Below are positions 48,738 through 58,057 of a stretch of 64,000 bases of DNA, one piece after another (position 1 is the stretch's first letter; each line of letters begins with the position of its first letter). The stretch is from an uncultured Candidatus Babeliaceae bacterium (GTDB taxonomy: Bacteria > Babelota > Babeliae > Babelales > Babelaceae). The stretch spans positions 544,001 through 608,000 of the forward strand of contig OY969927.1 of assembly GCA_963704655.1 (NCBI GenBank), given 5' to 3'. The notes beneath the pieces were generated by a model. The model worked only from the letters and a program-made list of their open reading frames with translations, ran no database searches and had not been told where the DNA came from. The translations under genes were made by a program, and so were the position numbers.

Positions 48738-49831
48738 AAAACCTCCTTATGGACAAAGGGATCATCCATATCTTCAACAATTTTTGCAGTAACTTTATTT
48801 TTTAACACATCATCTAAGAAATTCTTTATAAATGAACGAACCTTATGAGTATATTTTTCTGGGTTATAGAAAAACGAATCAAAATGATTGCGCCCACTAG
48901 TAAGCCATAAGCGTTTATAGCCAGGCTTATTAACATAAATAGAACGAACGGCTTCAACAGGCGCTTTATCATCATTTTTGCAAGTAATGAAAAAAGTAGG
49001 AACGGTAACTTTTTTTATCTCTTGAACGGTATTAGACGGCAATATGCAGGTAGCAATATCATGGGTCCCGACATGAGCAACCGTTTTGAGCGCAAGTTTT
49101 ACCATAGCTTGTATTGAAGGGTTGTAGGCATATTTCTTTAATAACCCACGCCCTGGAAGACCATACTGATAACCACCTATTGAAAAAGTAAGCTGCTCAA
49201 TAAGCCTATGAATAACCATTTCTGTTGAATCAAAAGGGCAATCAAGAATAAGAGCAGAGAACATATCCGGGTGTTGAGCTTGCGCTAAAATCGCAGTTAC
49301 CGCACCCATAGAAAATCCATACGCTATAAGAGGCAACCTTGCCAACTCGAGGTTATTTTTAACAAATGCTACAGCACCTTCAAGATCGAGTACTTCATTA
49401 ACACCAAAAGAACTACATTGATCTTCGATATTTTCACCATGAGCTCTAAAATCAAAAACCATAACATTATAATCATAGAATATGCTTCGTAAAAAACTGA
49501 CATCATTTTTATTACACATAAAACCATGACAAATGACTATCGTCGCCCGTGCACCTGGGCGCGTAACCAGAATCCCCTTACGTAAAATCATTTTTTCAGA
49601 ACCACGCGCTTCAGGAACGGTAAAAACAATCTGTTCAACTTTACCGTTATTATGATACTTTTTGAGCTTTGACTGTTTTTTTATGTCATAATCTTCTTTG
49701 TCTTTGCAATCTGGTGATGCTATAGAACGAGTATAAATATTTTTTATATCAAGATAAAAACGCATACCAACGCCAATAAAGATAACTGTTGCACATGTTA
49801 AAAATATCATGAGTAATATTTTTTTATTCAT
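48734..49831 (-). CDS. Alpha/beta hydrolase, membrane anchored
   Basis: CHGF, FDFRAHG, GFSMG nucleophile elbow, D..AP, C-terminal H. Confidence 0.9.
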   Translation of the reverse strand: MNKKILLMIFLTCATVIFIGVGMRFYLDIKNIYTRSIASPDCKDKEDYDIKKQSKLKKYHNNGKVEQIVFTVPEARGSEKMILRKGILVTRPGARATIVICHGFMCNKNDVSFLRSIFYDYNVMVFDFRAHGENIEDQCSSFGVNEVLDLEGAVAFVKNNLELARLPLIAYGFSMGAVTAILAQAQHPDMFSALILDCPFDSTEMVIHRLIEQLTFSIGGYQYGLPGRGLLKKYAYNPSIQAMVKLALKTVAHVGTHDIATCILPSNTVQEIKKVTVPTFFITCKNDDKAPVEAVRSIYVNKPGYKRLWLTSGRNHFDSFFYNPEKYTHKVRSFIKNFLDDVLKNKVTAKIVEDMDDPFVHKEVL

Positions 49832-50487
49832 AGTCTGCCTTTTCTTTGTGGGTAAGAAAAATTAAACGATTCATAGAATTTAAGCTGTTTATCATAGACC
49901 CGTAATAGCTCATTAACCTTTGTTTGGGGTTGATTATACATATTACCCGGCATAGGCGCCCAAAACCTACTTGCTTTAGTAATAGCGCCCATAATATTAC
50001 TTTTTAAAATCTCATCCATGGCACCAGAGACCACTAATAAAAATACAGCGGCAAGATCTTGATTAACAGGACTGAAATCCCGCAACTCTATACGACTTTT
50101 GACCCAATCCCACGTTTTTTGTAAAAACATATATCTACCTGCGGCCGTAGCGCAAATAATACGATCACCTACCGGATTACAACATCGCACTCTTGGGTGG
50201 TCCTTAAAAGAAGCTAATTTTCCATTATTACAAAAACTTATACGGTATTGATCGGTAGAAATTCTTACTTCAGGATGGTACGAAGTTCCTTCACCATGGG
50301 CCAAAAGATCAAGAAATGCCTTAACTCGAATATCTTTTGATAATATAATAAGGCTGGTTTTATCTGTTGCGATAACAGGCGCCACAGGCTTTATGGGCGA
50401 ATAATTTAATGGCTTTGCCCTCTGAGCCTGCACAAAGCCCGACATAACAATTACAAGTACTGAATATTTTAAAATTAACTTTTCCAT
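49828..50487 (-). CDS. Lambda-R-like lysozyme / lytic transglycosylase (GH104) with signal peptide
   Basis: AFLDLLAHGEGT, F.DHPR, TAAGRYMFL.KTW, DFSP.NQD.AA, WA.MPG..YNQ. Confidence 0.88.
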   Translation of the reverse strand: MEKLILKYSVLVIVMSGFVQAQRAKPLNYSPIKPVAPVIATDKTSLIILSKDIRVKAFLDLLAHGEGTSYHPEVRISTDQYRISFCNNGKLASFKDHPRVRCCNPVGDRIICATAAGRYMFLQKTWDWVKSRIELRDFSPVNQDLAAVFLLVVSGAMDEILKSNIMGAITKASRFWAPMPGNMYNQPQTKVNELLRVYDKQLKFYESFNFSYPQRKGRL

Positions 50488-50770
50488 ATGCTACCTTACC
50501 CTTTTTACAGGTAAGCCTTTACATTACTTAGGTTTCTACTAGTAGCATACAATATTTTTAATTCATTTTGTAATAATTATTTAAATTTAGTTAATCAAGC
50601 AAGCAAATAAAGAGATATTTAAGGATATTAAAAATAGCATTGCCTCATAAATCTGCCCACTGTTATATTTATTATGTAAAAAAACCTTTTATTAAGACGC
50701 TTTATGAGAAATTTTTTCTTTTTTGCCCCATTTTTTCTTAATCTTGTTATAGCCTTGCAAGGCAACAACA

Positions 50771-51079
50771 ATGAATCCCCAAGTATTAGTAAATAATAGC
50801 TACCAATCATTAAATTTTATTATTTATGGGCTGATGAGAAAACGAATTATAAATCTTAAGCCAGGAGAAAGCTACAATGTTCCAAAAAACAGCCTCATAT
50901 TCCTGAACAAATTTGCCAAAATACAAGTCGATCGCCCGAAAGCAGATTTATCCCTTACCATAAAATTTCCTAGCTTATCCGAGGCTACAAATCCATTTCA
51001 TTATGTAATAAGAAATAGAACCACACTGGGAATTGCAGGTTTTAATGAATTTGGATTATATATTTGGGAATTTGCATAA
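50771..51079 (+). CDS. Hypothetical protein, possibly frameshifted from an upstream signal peptide starting at 50704
   Basis: 102-aa ORF. Confidence 0.45.
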   Translation: MNPQVLVNNSYQSLNFIIYGLMRKRIINLKPGESYNVPKNSLIFLNKFAKIQVDRPKADLSLTIKFPSLSEATNPFHYVIRNRTTLGIAGFNEFGLYIWEFA

Positions 51080-51180
51080 CAGCAAGATTCAGATTAATAA
51101 GCTCAAAAGTTGCCATTTTAAAAGGCAAGCTTATTATACTATAACGAAATAACGTCTTTAATATCAGGAAATTTATCGGA

Positions 51181-51298
51181 TCCGACCTTCGTTTATCCAT
51201 GCCTTCCTACTACGCTAAAGCTTCGTAGGACAGGTCCGGCCCTGTACTTCGTAGCTACGTAAGTAGCGAAGTAGTATTGACAAACTTCGGTGGACAGG
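51181..51298. repeat. Nested family B cluster (long copy interrupted by two inverted short copies)
   Basis: Outer arms tccgaccttcgtttatccatgcctt and ttgacaaacttcggtggacagg; inner copies at 51206-51234 and 51241-51273. Confidence 0.8.
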
Positions 51299-51304
51299 CG
51301 GTCG

Positions 51305-51535
51305 CTATTGAACTGCAACAACGTCTTTGATAGTAGGGAATTTCTCTGAAAGTCGATCTAGGATACCCATTTTTAGGGTCATAAAAGAATAAGGGCATGA
51401 TACACATGCCCCTAAAAACTTAATTGTCACAACGCCATTAACAAAACTAACAAACTCAATATCGCCGCCATCTTTTTTTATAAGTGGCCGAATATCTTGT
51501 TCGATTACTGCTTTAATGTCGTTGTCCATAGTCAT
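51305..51535 (-). CDS. NifU/NfuA-like Fe-S scaffold domain protein
   Basis: IRP....DGGDIE, GACVSCP.S.MTLK.GI. Confidence 0.92.
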   Translation of the reverse strand: MTMDNDIKAVIEQDIRPLIKKDGGDIEFVSFVNGVVTIKFLGACVSCPYSFMTLKMGILDRLSEKFPTIKDVVAVQ

Positions 51536-51563
51536 AAAATACCTAACTCTTGCCAGTCCCCAA

Positions 51564-51592
51564 CCCTTCGACTACGCTCAGGGCGAGCGGCC
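51564..51592. repeat. Family A repeat between rplQ and the NifU-like gene
   Basis: cccttcgactacgctcagggcgagcggcc. Confidence 0.9.
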
Positions 51593-51610
51593 GGTGGTGG
51601 AGTAAGATTA

Positions 51611-51970
51611 TTACTCTACCCACTCAAGACGGGCAATTTCAGCAGTATCACTGATACGACGCGCTAAAGGAATAATGCGTGTATAGCCACCAGGACGTTG
51701 TTTAAAACGTGGAGCAATATCAGAGAAAAGCTTAGTTAACGCTTCATCTTTGTAAGGGAGTAATGCATGCGCACGACGACGAGCATTAAAGTTATTACCT
51801 TCGCGAGCAAGGGTAACAAGTTTTTCAGCAAAGCGTCTTACTTCTTTAATGCGTGCAACCGTAGAAACTAAATGCCCTTTTTCGATAAGGATAATAGCCT
51901 GGTTACGCATCATAGAGCGTTTATGAGCCGGATTTAAATTTAATTTTTTTCTACCATTTTGATGATTCAT
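51611..51970 (-). CDS. rplQ: 50S ribosomal protein L17
   Basis: AEKLVTLA, RPGGYTRI. Confidence 0.97.
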   Translation of the reverse strand: MNHQNGRKKLNLNPAHKRSMMRNQAIILIEKGHLVSTVARIKEVRRFAEKLVTLAREGNNFNARRRAHALLPYKDEALTKLFSDIAPRFKQRPGGYTRIIPLARRISDTAEIARLEWVE

Positions 51971-51972
51971 AG

Positions 51973-53013
51973 CTATTCCTTATCAATCAACTTTCTTAAT
52001 TCAGCCTCTTTGACATTCATGCCAAAGGAAAGACCAAACGATTTCATGCCTTCTTTGACTTCGTCATAAGATTTGCGGCCGAAATTCTTAATTTTTAATA
52101 CGTCATCTTCTGTCAAATTAACCAAATCGATAATTCGCTTGATGCCTGCGTTAATAAGACAATTATGAGCACGTACTGAAAATTCAAGTGCATTAATTGG
52201 CTTTAACAAAAGTTCTACTGAAACACCTTTATAACGAACATCTTGAGCTTCAGGTTTTAACTCTTGTTTACCTTCAACAACCGGGCGAGAAATTTCATTA
52301 AAGGGAATTTCAGGAGCGGCTAAGAAATGCTCAAGTTGTGAACGAACAACAGAAACAGCATAACGAACTACTTCAAGTGGTGATTCTGTACCATCCGTAG
52401 CGATTTGAAGTAACAGTTTATCGTAATCAATAGAGGTACCTACACGAGTTTTTTCAACATCGTAACTTACCTTACGCACCGGAGAGAACATCGCATCGAT
52501 ATAGATTCGATTATCTTCTTGAAGCGCTTTACCTGCAGGCCATTTGGCTGCTTGGTAACCACGGCCAGATTCAACAAAAAACTGGATATCAAGCACGCCG
52601 CCTTGAGCAACATGCGCAATAATATGTTCTTTATTAATAAGTTCTAAATGATCATCAGCTTGAATCTCTGCAACAGTAGCCACACCTTCACCAGAAACAA
52701 CAAGTTTCATAGAACCAGGCTGACCTGTTTTATTTTTTATAACAATTTCTTTGCAGTTTAATACAATCTGAACCACATCTTCAACTACACCAGAAACTGA
52801 AGAGAATTCGTTGTTTACGCCTTTAATAATTACCGACGTAACAGCAGATCCTTCTACAGCACCAAGCAATGTACGTCTAATAGCATTACCCATGGTTGTA
52901 CCAAAACCTGGCTCAAGTGGTTCTACCACAAGCTCACCAAACGTTGCTGACAACGTCTGTTTATTCCACGCAAGCTGCGGAATAGTAAGTGATTGATATT
53001 CTTTTTTTTGCAT
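51973..53013 (-). CDS. rpoA: RNA polymerase alpha subunit
   Basis: EPLEPGFGTTMGNAIRRTLL, SVRAHNCL, NFGRKS. Confidence 0.98.
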   Translation of the reverse strand: MQKKEYQSLTIPQLAWNKQTLSATFGELVVEPLEPGFGTTMGNAIRRTLLGAVEGSAVTSVIIKGVNNEFSSVSGVVEDVVQIVLNCKEIVIKNKTGQPGSMKLVVSGEGVATVAEIQADDHLELINKEHIIAHVAQGGVLDIQFFVESGRGYQAAKWPAGKALQEDNRIYIDAMFSPVRKVSYDVEKTRVGTSIDYDKLLLQIATDGTESPLEVVRYAVSVVRSQLEHFLAAPEIPFNEISRPVVEGKQELKPEAQDVRYKGVSVELLLKPINALEFSVRAHNCLINAGIKRIIDLVNLTEDDVLKIKNFGRKSYDEVKEGMKSFGLSFGMNVKEAELRKLIDKE

Positions 53014-53042
53014 GTATACCCCTCTATATCTTTACTAACCTA

Positions 53043-53612
53043 TTACTTGGAGTACAACTCAACAATGAGATACTCTTCGATTGGAACTTGAATATCTGTA
53101 CGAACAGGCATGCGTAATACATTTCCTGAACGCGCCTTTTTATCCAACTCTAACCAATCTGGCACTTTAACCCCTGAAGCAAGTCGTTTTTCAACAACTG
53201 TCTCCATAAAAACTGGATGCTTTTCAATAGCAGGAGAAAGAGAAACCACATCATTAATTTGTATAAAATATGACGGAGAGTAAACTTTTTTACCATTTAC
53301 TAAAATATGTCCATGAACAACAACTTGACGCGCTTGAGCACGTGTTGCTGCAAATTTAAGACGAAATACCACGTTATCAAGACGTCTTTCAAGCAAGCTT
53401 AAAAGTAACTGACCTGGAGCTTCTTTACTGGAGGAAGCAATCGCGTAGAACTTTTTAAATTGGCGTTCACGCATTCCGTACATTTCTTTAACTTTTTGTT
53501 TTTCTTCAAGCTGTTTGCCATACTCAGTAGTTTTCTTGCCTCTTTTAGGGGCAGCTTCTGGAGAAGTTTTAGTTCCTCTTTCTGGCCTTACTTGTGGTGA
53601 TCTTTTTTCCAT
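53043..53612 (-). CDS. rpsD: 30S ribosomal protein S4
   Basis: EYGKQLEEKQK, LERRLDNVVFR, ARQ.V.HGHI, IVELYSK. Confidence 0.97.
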   Translation of the reverse strand: MEKRSPQVRPERGTKTSPEAAPKRGKKTTEYGKQLEEKQKVKEMYGMRERQFKKFYAIASSSKEAPGQLLLSLLERRLDNVVFRLKFAATRAQARQVVVHGHILVNGKKVYSPSYFIQINDVVSLSPAIEKHPVFMETVVEKRLASGVKVPDWLELDKKARSGNVLRMPVRTDIQVPIEEYLIVELYSK

Positions 53613-53645
53613 ATACTGGTTTATACTTTCATTTCTAAATGATAA

Positions 53646-54029
53646 CTATACACGTCGTTTTTTTGGACGACGACATCCGTTGTGTGGAAGCGGAGTAACA
53701 TCGCGTAATACCGAAATATTAAATCCAGAAGACTGGAGCGCTCGTACTACCGAATCTCTTCCCGCGCCTGGCCCTTGAAGATTTACTTCAAGTTGTCTAA
53801 TGCCAAGGCCACTCATTTCTTTTGCAAGTGTTGATCCAATTTGTGAAGCTACAAAAGGAGTACCCTTACGAGCACCTTTATAACCCAACTTACCTGAACT
53901 GGAGCGCAACAATACATCGCCATCAACGGTAGTAACCGTGACAAGCGTATTATTAAATGAAGACTTTACATGCACAACAGCAGAATCTACTTGTCTTTTA
54001 TTTTTTTTAGTTTTTTTCTTGTAACTCAT
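53646..54029 (-). CDS. rpsK: 30S ribosomal protein S11
   Basis: SSFNNT, GPGAGR, DVTPLPHNGCRRPK.RRV. Confidence 0.98.
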   Translation of the reverse strand: MSYKKKTKKNKRQVDSAVVHVKSSFNNTLVTVTTVDGDVLLRSSSGKLGYKGARKGTPFVASQIGSTLAKEMSGLGIRQLEVNLQGPGAGRDSVVRALQSSGFNISVLRDVTPLPHNGCRRPKKRRV

Positions 54030-54054
54030 GTGATACCTAAGAGACTTTGATTAC

Positions 54055-54444
54055 TTATTTTTTAGTAACTTTACGTTTAAGAGCGACAATTGAACCTGCT
54101 TTACGAGGACCCTTACGAGTACGCGCATTAGTTTTAGTTCTTTGGCCGCGAACTGGTAAAGACCTTTTGTGACGAAGCCCACGATATGAACCAATATCTT
54201 GAAGTCTTTTAATATCTGCTTTGATTTCTTTACGCAAATCACCTTCGATCATATACTCACTAGTCACTTCTTTTTGAAGCGTAGCAACTTGCTGATCGGT
54301 TAAGTCTTTAACGCGAGTATCAAAGTTAATATGTAATTTATTTAAAATATCACGTGAACGTTTTAAACCAATACCAAACAAGTAGGTAAGTCCATATTCA
54401 ATTCTTTTTTCTCGCGGTAGGTTAACACCTTCGATTCTAGCCAT
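54055..54444 (-). CDS. rpsM: 30S ribosomal protein S13
   Basis: [33 protein letters not shown]. Confidence 0.98.
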   Translation of the reverse strand: MARIEGVNLPREKRIEYGLTYLFGIGLKRSRDILNKLHINFDTRVKDLTDQQVATLQKEVTSEYMIEGDLRKEIKADIKRLQDIGSYRGLRHKRSLPVRGQRTKTNARTRKGPRKAGSIVALKRKVTKK

Positions 54445-54453
54445 AATATCCTT

Positions 54454-54570
54454 CTAACCTTGACGTTGCTTGTGTCTAGGATTTTTTTTACAAATAACGC
54501 GAACTACGCCATCACGCTTAATAGTTCTGCAATCACGACAAATTGCGGTTACTGATGTCCGTACTTTCAT
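54454..54570 (-). CDS. rpmJ: 50S ribosomal protein L36 (38 aa, missing from the ORF track)
   Basis: Translates to [38 protein letters not shown]. Confidence 0.97.
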   Translation of the reverse strand: MKVRTSVTAICRDCRTIKRDGVVRVICKKNPRHKQRQG

Positions 54571-54606
54571 TGAAATACCTTTATATAAATCTGCAATAAT
54601 TACTTA

Positions 54607-54843
54607 TTATGCCTTATATCTTAAAACAATTCTACCCCGTGTAAGATCATAGGGGGATAATTCCATCGAAACCCTATCTCCAGGGAGCATACGTATACCA
54701 TTCATGCGCATCCGTCCAGAAGCGTGCCCTAGTACCATATGACCGCCTTCAACTTCCACGCGGAACATATCGTTAGGCAACGTATCACGAACGATGCCAT
54801 CTATAGTTATAATATCATCTTTTTGCTTTTTTTTCATCATCAA
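54607..54843 (-). CDS. infA: Translation initiation factor IF-1
   Basis: [33 protein letters not shown]. Confidence 0.97.
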   Translation of the reverse strand: MMMKKKQKDDIITIDGIVRDTLPNDMFRVEVEGGHMVLGHASGRMRMNGIRMLPGDRVSMELSPYDLTRGRIVLRYKA

Positions 54844-54851
54844 TTTTACTC

Positions 54852-55613
54852 TTATAATCTAGTAGTAATTTCAGGTCCATGGTCTGTCACGATAACCGTA
54901 TCTTCAACATGCGCTGCCAATGAGCCATCTGCGGTTCTAGCAGTCCATTTATCATCATCCATTTTTACAGCATAATTACCTAAAGTAATCATGGGTTCTA
55001 GGGCAAAAGCCATGCCTACTTCAATAAGCGGCCCTTTGCCTGGAGCCCCAAAATTAACAATTTCTGGATCTTCATGCATTTTTTTACCGATTCCATGTCC
55101 GGCAAAATCACGAACAACTCCAAATCCTTGAGCCTCTACAGTACTTTGTATGGCAAAAGAGATATCAGAGATGCGATTACCAACACGAATTTTATCAATT
55201 CCAGCATCTAATGAATCATATGCTGTTTTTACCAGGCATGCAGCTTCAGAAGTTAAAGCTATTCCACCCACTATATAAGTACGAGCCATATCAGCACAAT
55301 ACCCATTATACGATGCGCAAACATCAACTTTTACAAGATCACCCTGCTTAAGTAGCTGCTGCGAACTTGGAATACCGTGTACGATAACATCATTAACAGA
55401 AATACAGGCAGCAGCAGGAAATGGTGGATATCCGTACCCTTTGCATTGAGAATATAAACCACAAGCCAGTAACCGTTTTTCAACAAAACTATCCAGCGCT
55501 TGGGTAGAAATCCCTTCTTTTAATTGTTCAGGGATCTCCTGAAAAACCTGCGCAAGCCTTTTTCCAGCTTCACGCATAATAGAAAATGCATGGTTATTTT
55601 TTCGAACTATCAT
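54852..55613 (-). CDS. map: Methionine aminopeptidase type I
   Basis: [34 protein letters not shown]. Confidence 0.97.
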   Translation of the reverse strand: MIVRKNNHAFSIMREAGKRLAQVFQEIPEQLKEGISTQALDSFVEKRLLACGLYSQCKGYGYPPFPAAACISVNDVIVHGIPSSQQLLKQGDLVKVDVCASYNGYCADMARTYIVGGIALTSEAACLVKTAYDSLDAGIDKIRVGNRISDISFAIQSTVEAQGFGVVRDFAGHGIGKKMHEDPEIVNFGAPGKGPLIEVGMAFALEPMITLGNYAVKMDDDKWTARTADGSLAAHVEDTVIVTDHGPEITTRL

Positions 55614-56293
55614 GCCACTTTTCCCGTAGATTCAATAAATGCCTTAAAAACATTATCCAATGGCAACTCGACATTAAGATCAATAACTTTACGTGAGGAA
55701 TTTCGATAATAATCAAGAAGATCATCTGCAAATCGATGGTATGTTTTTAAACGCTCAAAAACAACATCACTTTTATCATCAATTCTTTGCACAACAGGAG
55801 ATCCACATTCTTGACAAACAAGATCTGTATGAACCTGATGAGGCAAAATCGAATAAACAACCTGACATGAGTCACTTTGGCAAACAAAGCGTGTTTTTAA
55901 ACGATTAATAACATGATCATCATGAATATTCATTGAAACAACTGTAACTGACGAATTATTAAAATTATCCTGAGCAAATAAATAATCCAATGCGCGTGCC
56001 TGAGCTACCGTGCGTGGAAAGCCATCAAGAATAATCCCAGAGGATAACTCGGTAGCTTCTTGAATCCAAGAAGCTACCATATCTATCATAAGTTCATCAT
56101 CAATCAATTTTCCTGACTTAATTGCATGATCAATCTTCAGGCCGATATCAGTCATGCGGGCAATATGCTGCCTGCATAAGTTACCGGTTGATAAATGCGC
56201 CCAACCAAGGTTTTTCTTACATAAGTGAGAAAGTGAACCTTTACCAGAACCTGGAGGGCCTACAAAAATGTATATATCTTTAACAGATTTCAC
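55610..56293 (-). CDS. adk: Adenylate kinase
   Basis: GPPGSGKG, LDGFPRT, 4-Cys LID. Confidence 0.95.
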   Translation of the reverse strand: MKSVKDIYIFVGPPGSGKGSLSHLCKKNLGWAHLSTGNLCRQHIARMTDIGLKIDHAIKSGKLIDDELMIDMVASWIQEATELSSGIILDGFPRTVAQARALDYLFAQDNFNNSSVTVVSMNIHDDHVINRLKTRFVCQSDSCQVVYSILPHQVHTDLVCQECGSPVVQRIDDKSDVVFERLKTYHRFADDLLDYYRNSSRKVIDLNVELPLDNVFKAFIESTGKVA

Positions 56294-57612
56294 CGAGCTG
56301 CCCTAGATTTAATACGACTACCTGACGTTAAAAAGCCTGCATAGTTGCTTTCAAGAAGATAAGCCTCTAATTGTGAACTTAATTCTAATCCAACACCAAC
56401 CACAATCAATAACGATGTACCACCAAGAACAAAGGGCATATACACTAATGCTTGAAGAATGTTTGGCAATAACGCTAAACATGCCAAGTAAATAGCACCT
56501 ACAAGACCTAAACGAGTTAAAATCTTGTCAAGTTCATCAGCCGTTTGTTTACCAGGACGAATCCCAGGAATAAATCCACCATTTTTTTTCAAATTTTGCG
56601 ATAGTTCGTTTGGGTCGAAAATAATCGACGTGTAAACAAAGGTAAACACAATAATAAGAATAAAGGTCAAAATATTGTACATAACGCCGCCACGAGAGAG
56701 ATCCATTGCCAATGAACTTAGTGCTTCCCAATGAAAATAATTTGCTAAAAAGCTAAAAATCGCAGAAGGAATACTTAAGATCGTTGATGCAAAAATCGCA
56801 GGCATAACACCAACGTTATTAATCTTAAAGGGTATATAGGTGCTTTGCCCGCCATATACTCGTTGACCAACAACACGACGTGCATAGTGAACCGGAATTT
56901 TTCTCTCGCCCTTTTCTAAATACACAATTGCAGCAGCAACTGCTATGAAAAAGGCCAAAATACCAAGCGCCACAAGTAATGACATGTTTCCTTCTTTGAC
57001 CTGAAGAACGGTTCTCAAAACATCTTGAGGAAATGCAGACACAATACCCGCAAAGATAAGCATCGAACTTCCATTACCAAGACCATACAGAGAAATCTGT
57101 TCGCCGAGCCACATAACAAACATGGCACCAGTGGTAAGACACAGTACAAAAAAGAGTTTAAATCCAAGACCTGGCGTTAATACAAGATTATATGTCGTAA
57201 GATAGGTTAAAAGACCTGAACTATAGACAATGCCAAGAATAAGGGTTAAGTAACGGGTATACTGATTAATAATTCTTCGACCATATTCGCCTTCTTTTGA
57301 AAGCACTTCAAGTTGCGGTATCGCCATAGAGGCAAACTGCATAACTAATGAAGCAACGATATAAGGACTAATACCTAAAGCAAAGAGCGCGCACTGTTGC
57401 AAGGCGCCTCCAGAAAAGGTATTCAGATAACTTAAAAATCCACCAACAAAATTGGATGATTTCATAGTTTCAGCAAGAAGATCAATATTGATCCCTGAAA
57501 CTGGAATAAAAACACCAACTCGATAAATTATGAGTACCGTTAGAGTAAAAAACAACTTACGGCTTAACTCAGGAATTTTAAAAATATTCCAAAAATTATT
57601 AAACAGAACCAC
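56290..57612 (-). CDS. secY: Preprotein translocase SecY
   Basis: LGISPYI.AS, WLGEQI..G.GNG.S, FIPGIRPG, GGTSLLIVVGV. Confidence 0.98.
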   Translation of the reverse strand: MVLFNNFWNIFKIPELSRKLFFTLTVLIIYRVGVFIPVSGINIDLLAETMKSSNFVGGFLSYLNTFSGGALQQCALFALGISPYIVASLVMQFASMAIPQLEVLSKEGEYGRRIINQYTRYLTLILGIVYSSGLLTYLTTYNLVLTPGLGFKLFFVLCLTTGAMFVMWLGEQISLYGLGNGSSMLIFAGIVSAFPQDVLRTVLQVKEGNMSLLVALGILAFFIAVAAAIVYLEKGERKIPVHYARRVVGQRVYGGQSTYIPFKINNVGVMPAIFASTILSIPSAIFSFLANYFHWEALSSLAMDLSRGGVMYNILTFILIIVFTFVYTSIIFDPNELSQNLKKNGGFIPGIRPGKQTADELDKILTRLGLVGAIYLACLALLPNILQALVYMPFVLGGTSLLIVVGVGLELSSQLEAYLLESNYAGFLTSGSRIKSRAAR

Positions 57613-57616
57613 AGTA

Positions 57617-58057
57617 TTACTTCTCCTTATTTATGTGCACGAGGCCACCGGCCTGTACGATCTGTCCTTGCGCTGATTTACTAATAAAATCGGTGTGGAG
57701 CGTTAACTTTTTATCAACAGTTCCTGATGATAAAACTTTAACAAAAGAACCTTTTCGACCTCTAATAAGACCGACTTCAATCAAAGATTCTCTATTAACT
57801 ACCGCACCATTTTCAAAAATTTCATGAATGTCTGCTAATTGTACAATTTCAATTTCTTTTTGAAACATCGTATTGTTAAATCCGCGTTTAGGAAGACGAC
57901 GAGTTAAAGGCATTTGACCACCTTCAAACAAGATCCCTAAATTAGCGCCAGAACGTCCTTTTTGGCCTTTATTACCGCGACCAGATGTTCCGCCGCGACT
58001 TCCACCGCGGCCAATACGTTTTCTATCTTTTCCAGCTGAAGGTAAATTATGCAACAT
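57617..58057 (-). CDS. rplO: 50S ribosomal protein L15
   Basis: GRG.KGQK.RSG, FEGGQMPL.RRLPKRGF. Confidence 0.97.
   Translation of the reverse strand: MLHNLPSAGKDRKRIGRGGSRGGTSGRGNKGQKGRSGANLGILFEGGQMPLTRRLPKRGFNNTMFQKEIEIVQLADIHEIFENGAVVNRESLIEVGLIRGRKGSFVKVLSSGTVDKKLTLHTDFISKSAQGQIVQAGGLVHINKEK

Noticed and set aside
49828-50487. Prophage suggested by the lambda-type lysozyme
   Set aside because: No holin, structural, terminase or integrase genes nearby, and the protein has a signal peptide.
10408-51592. Repeats interpreted as a CRISPR array
   Set aside because: The copies are dispersed, variable and often inverted, with no regular repeat-spacer periodicity and no cas genes.
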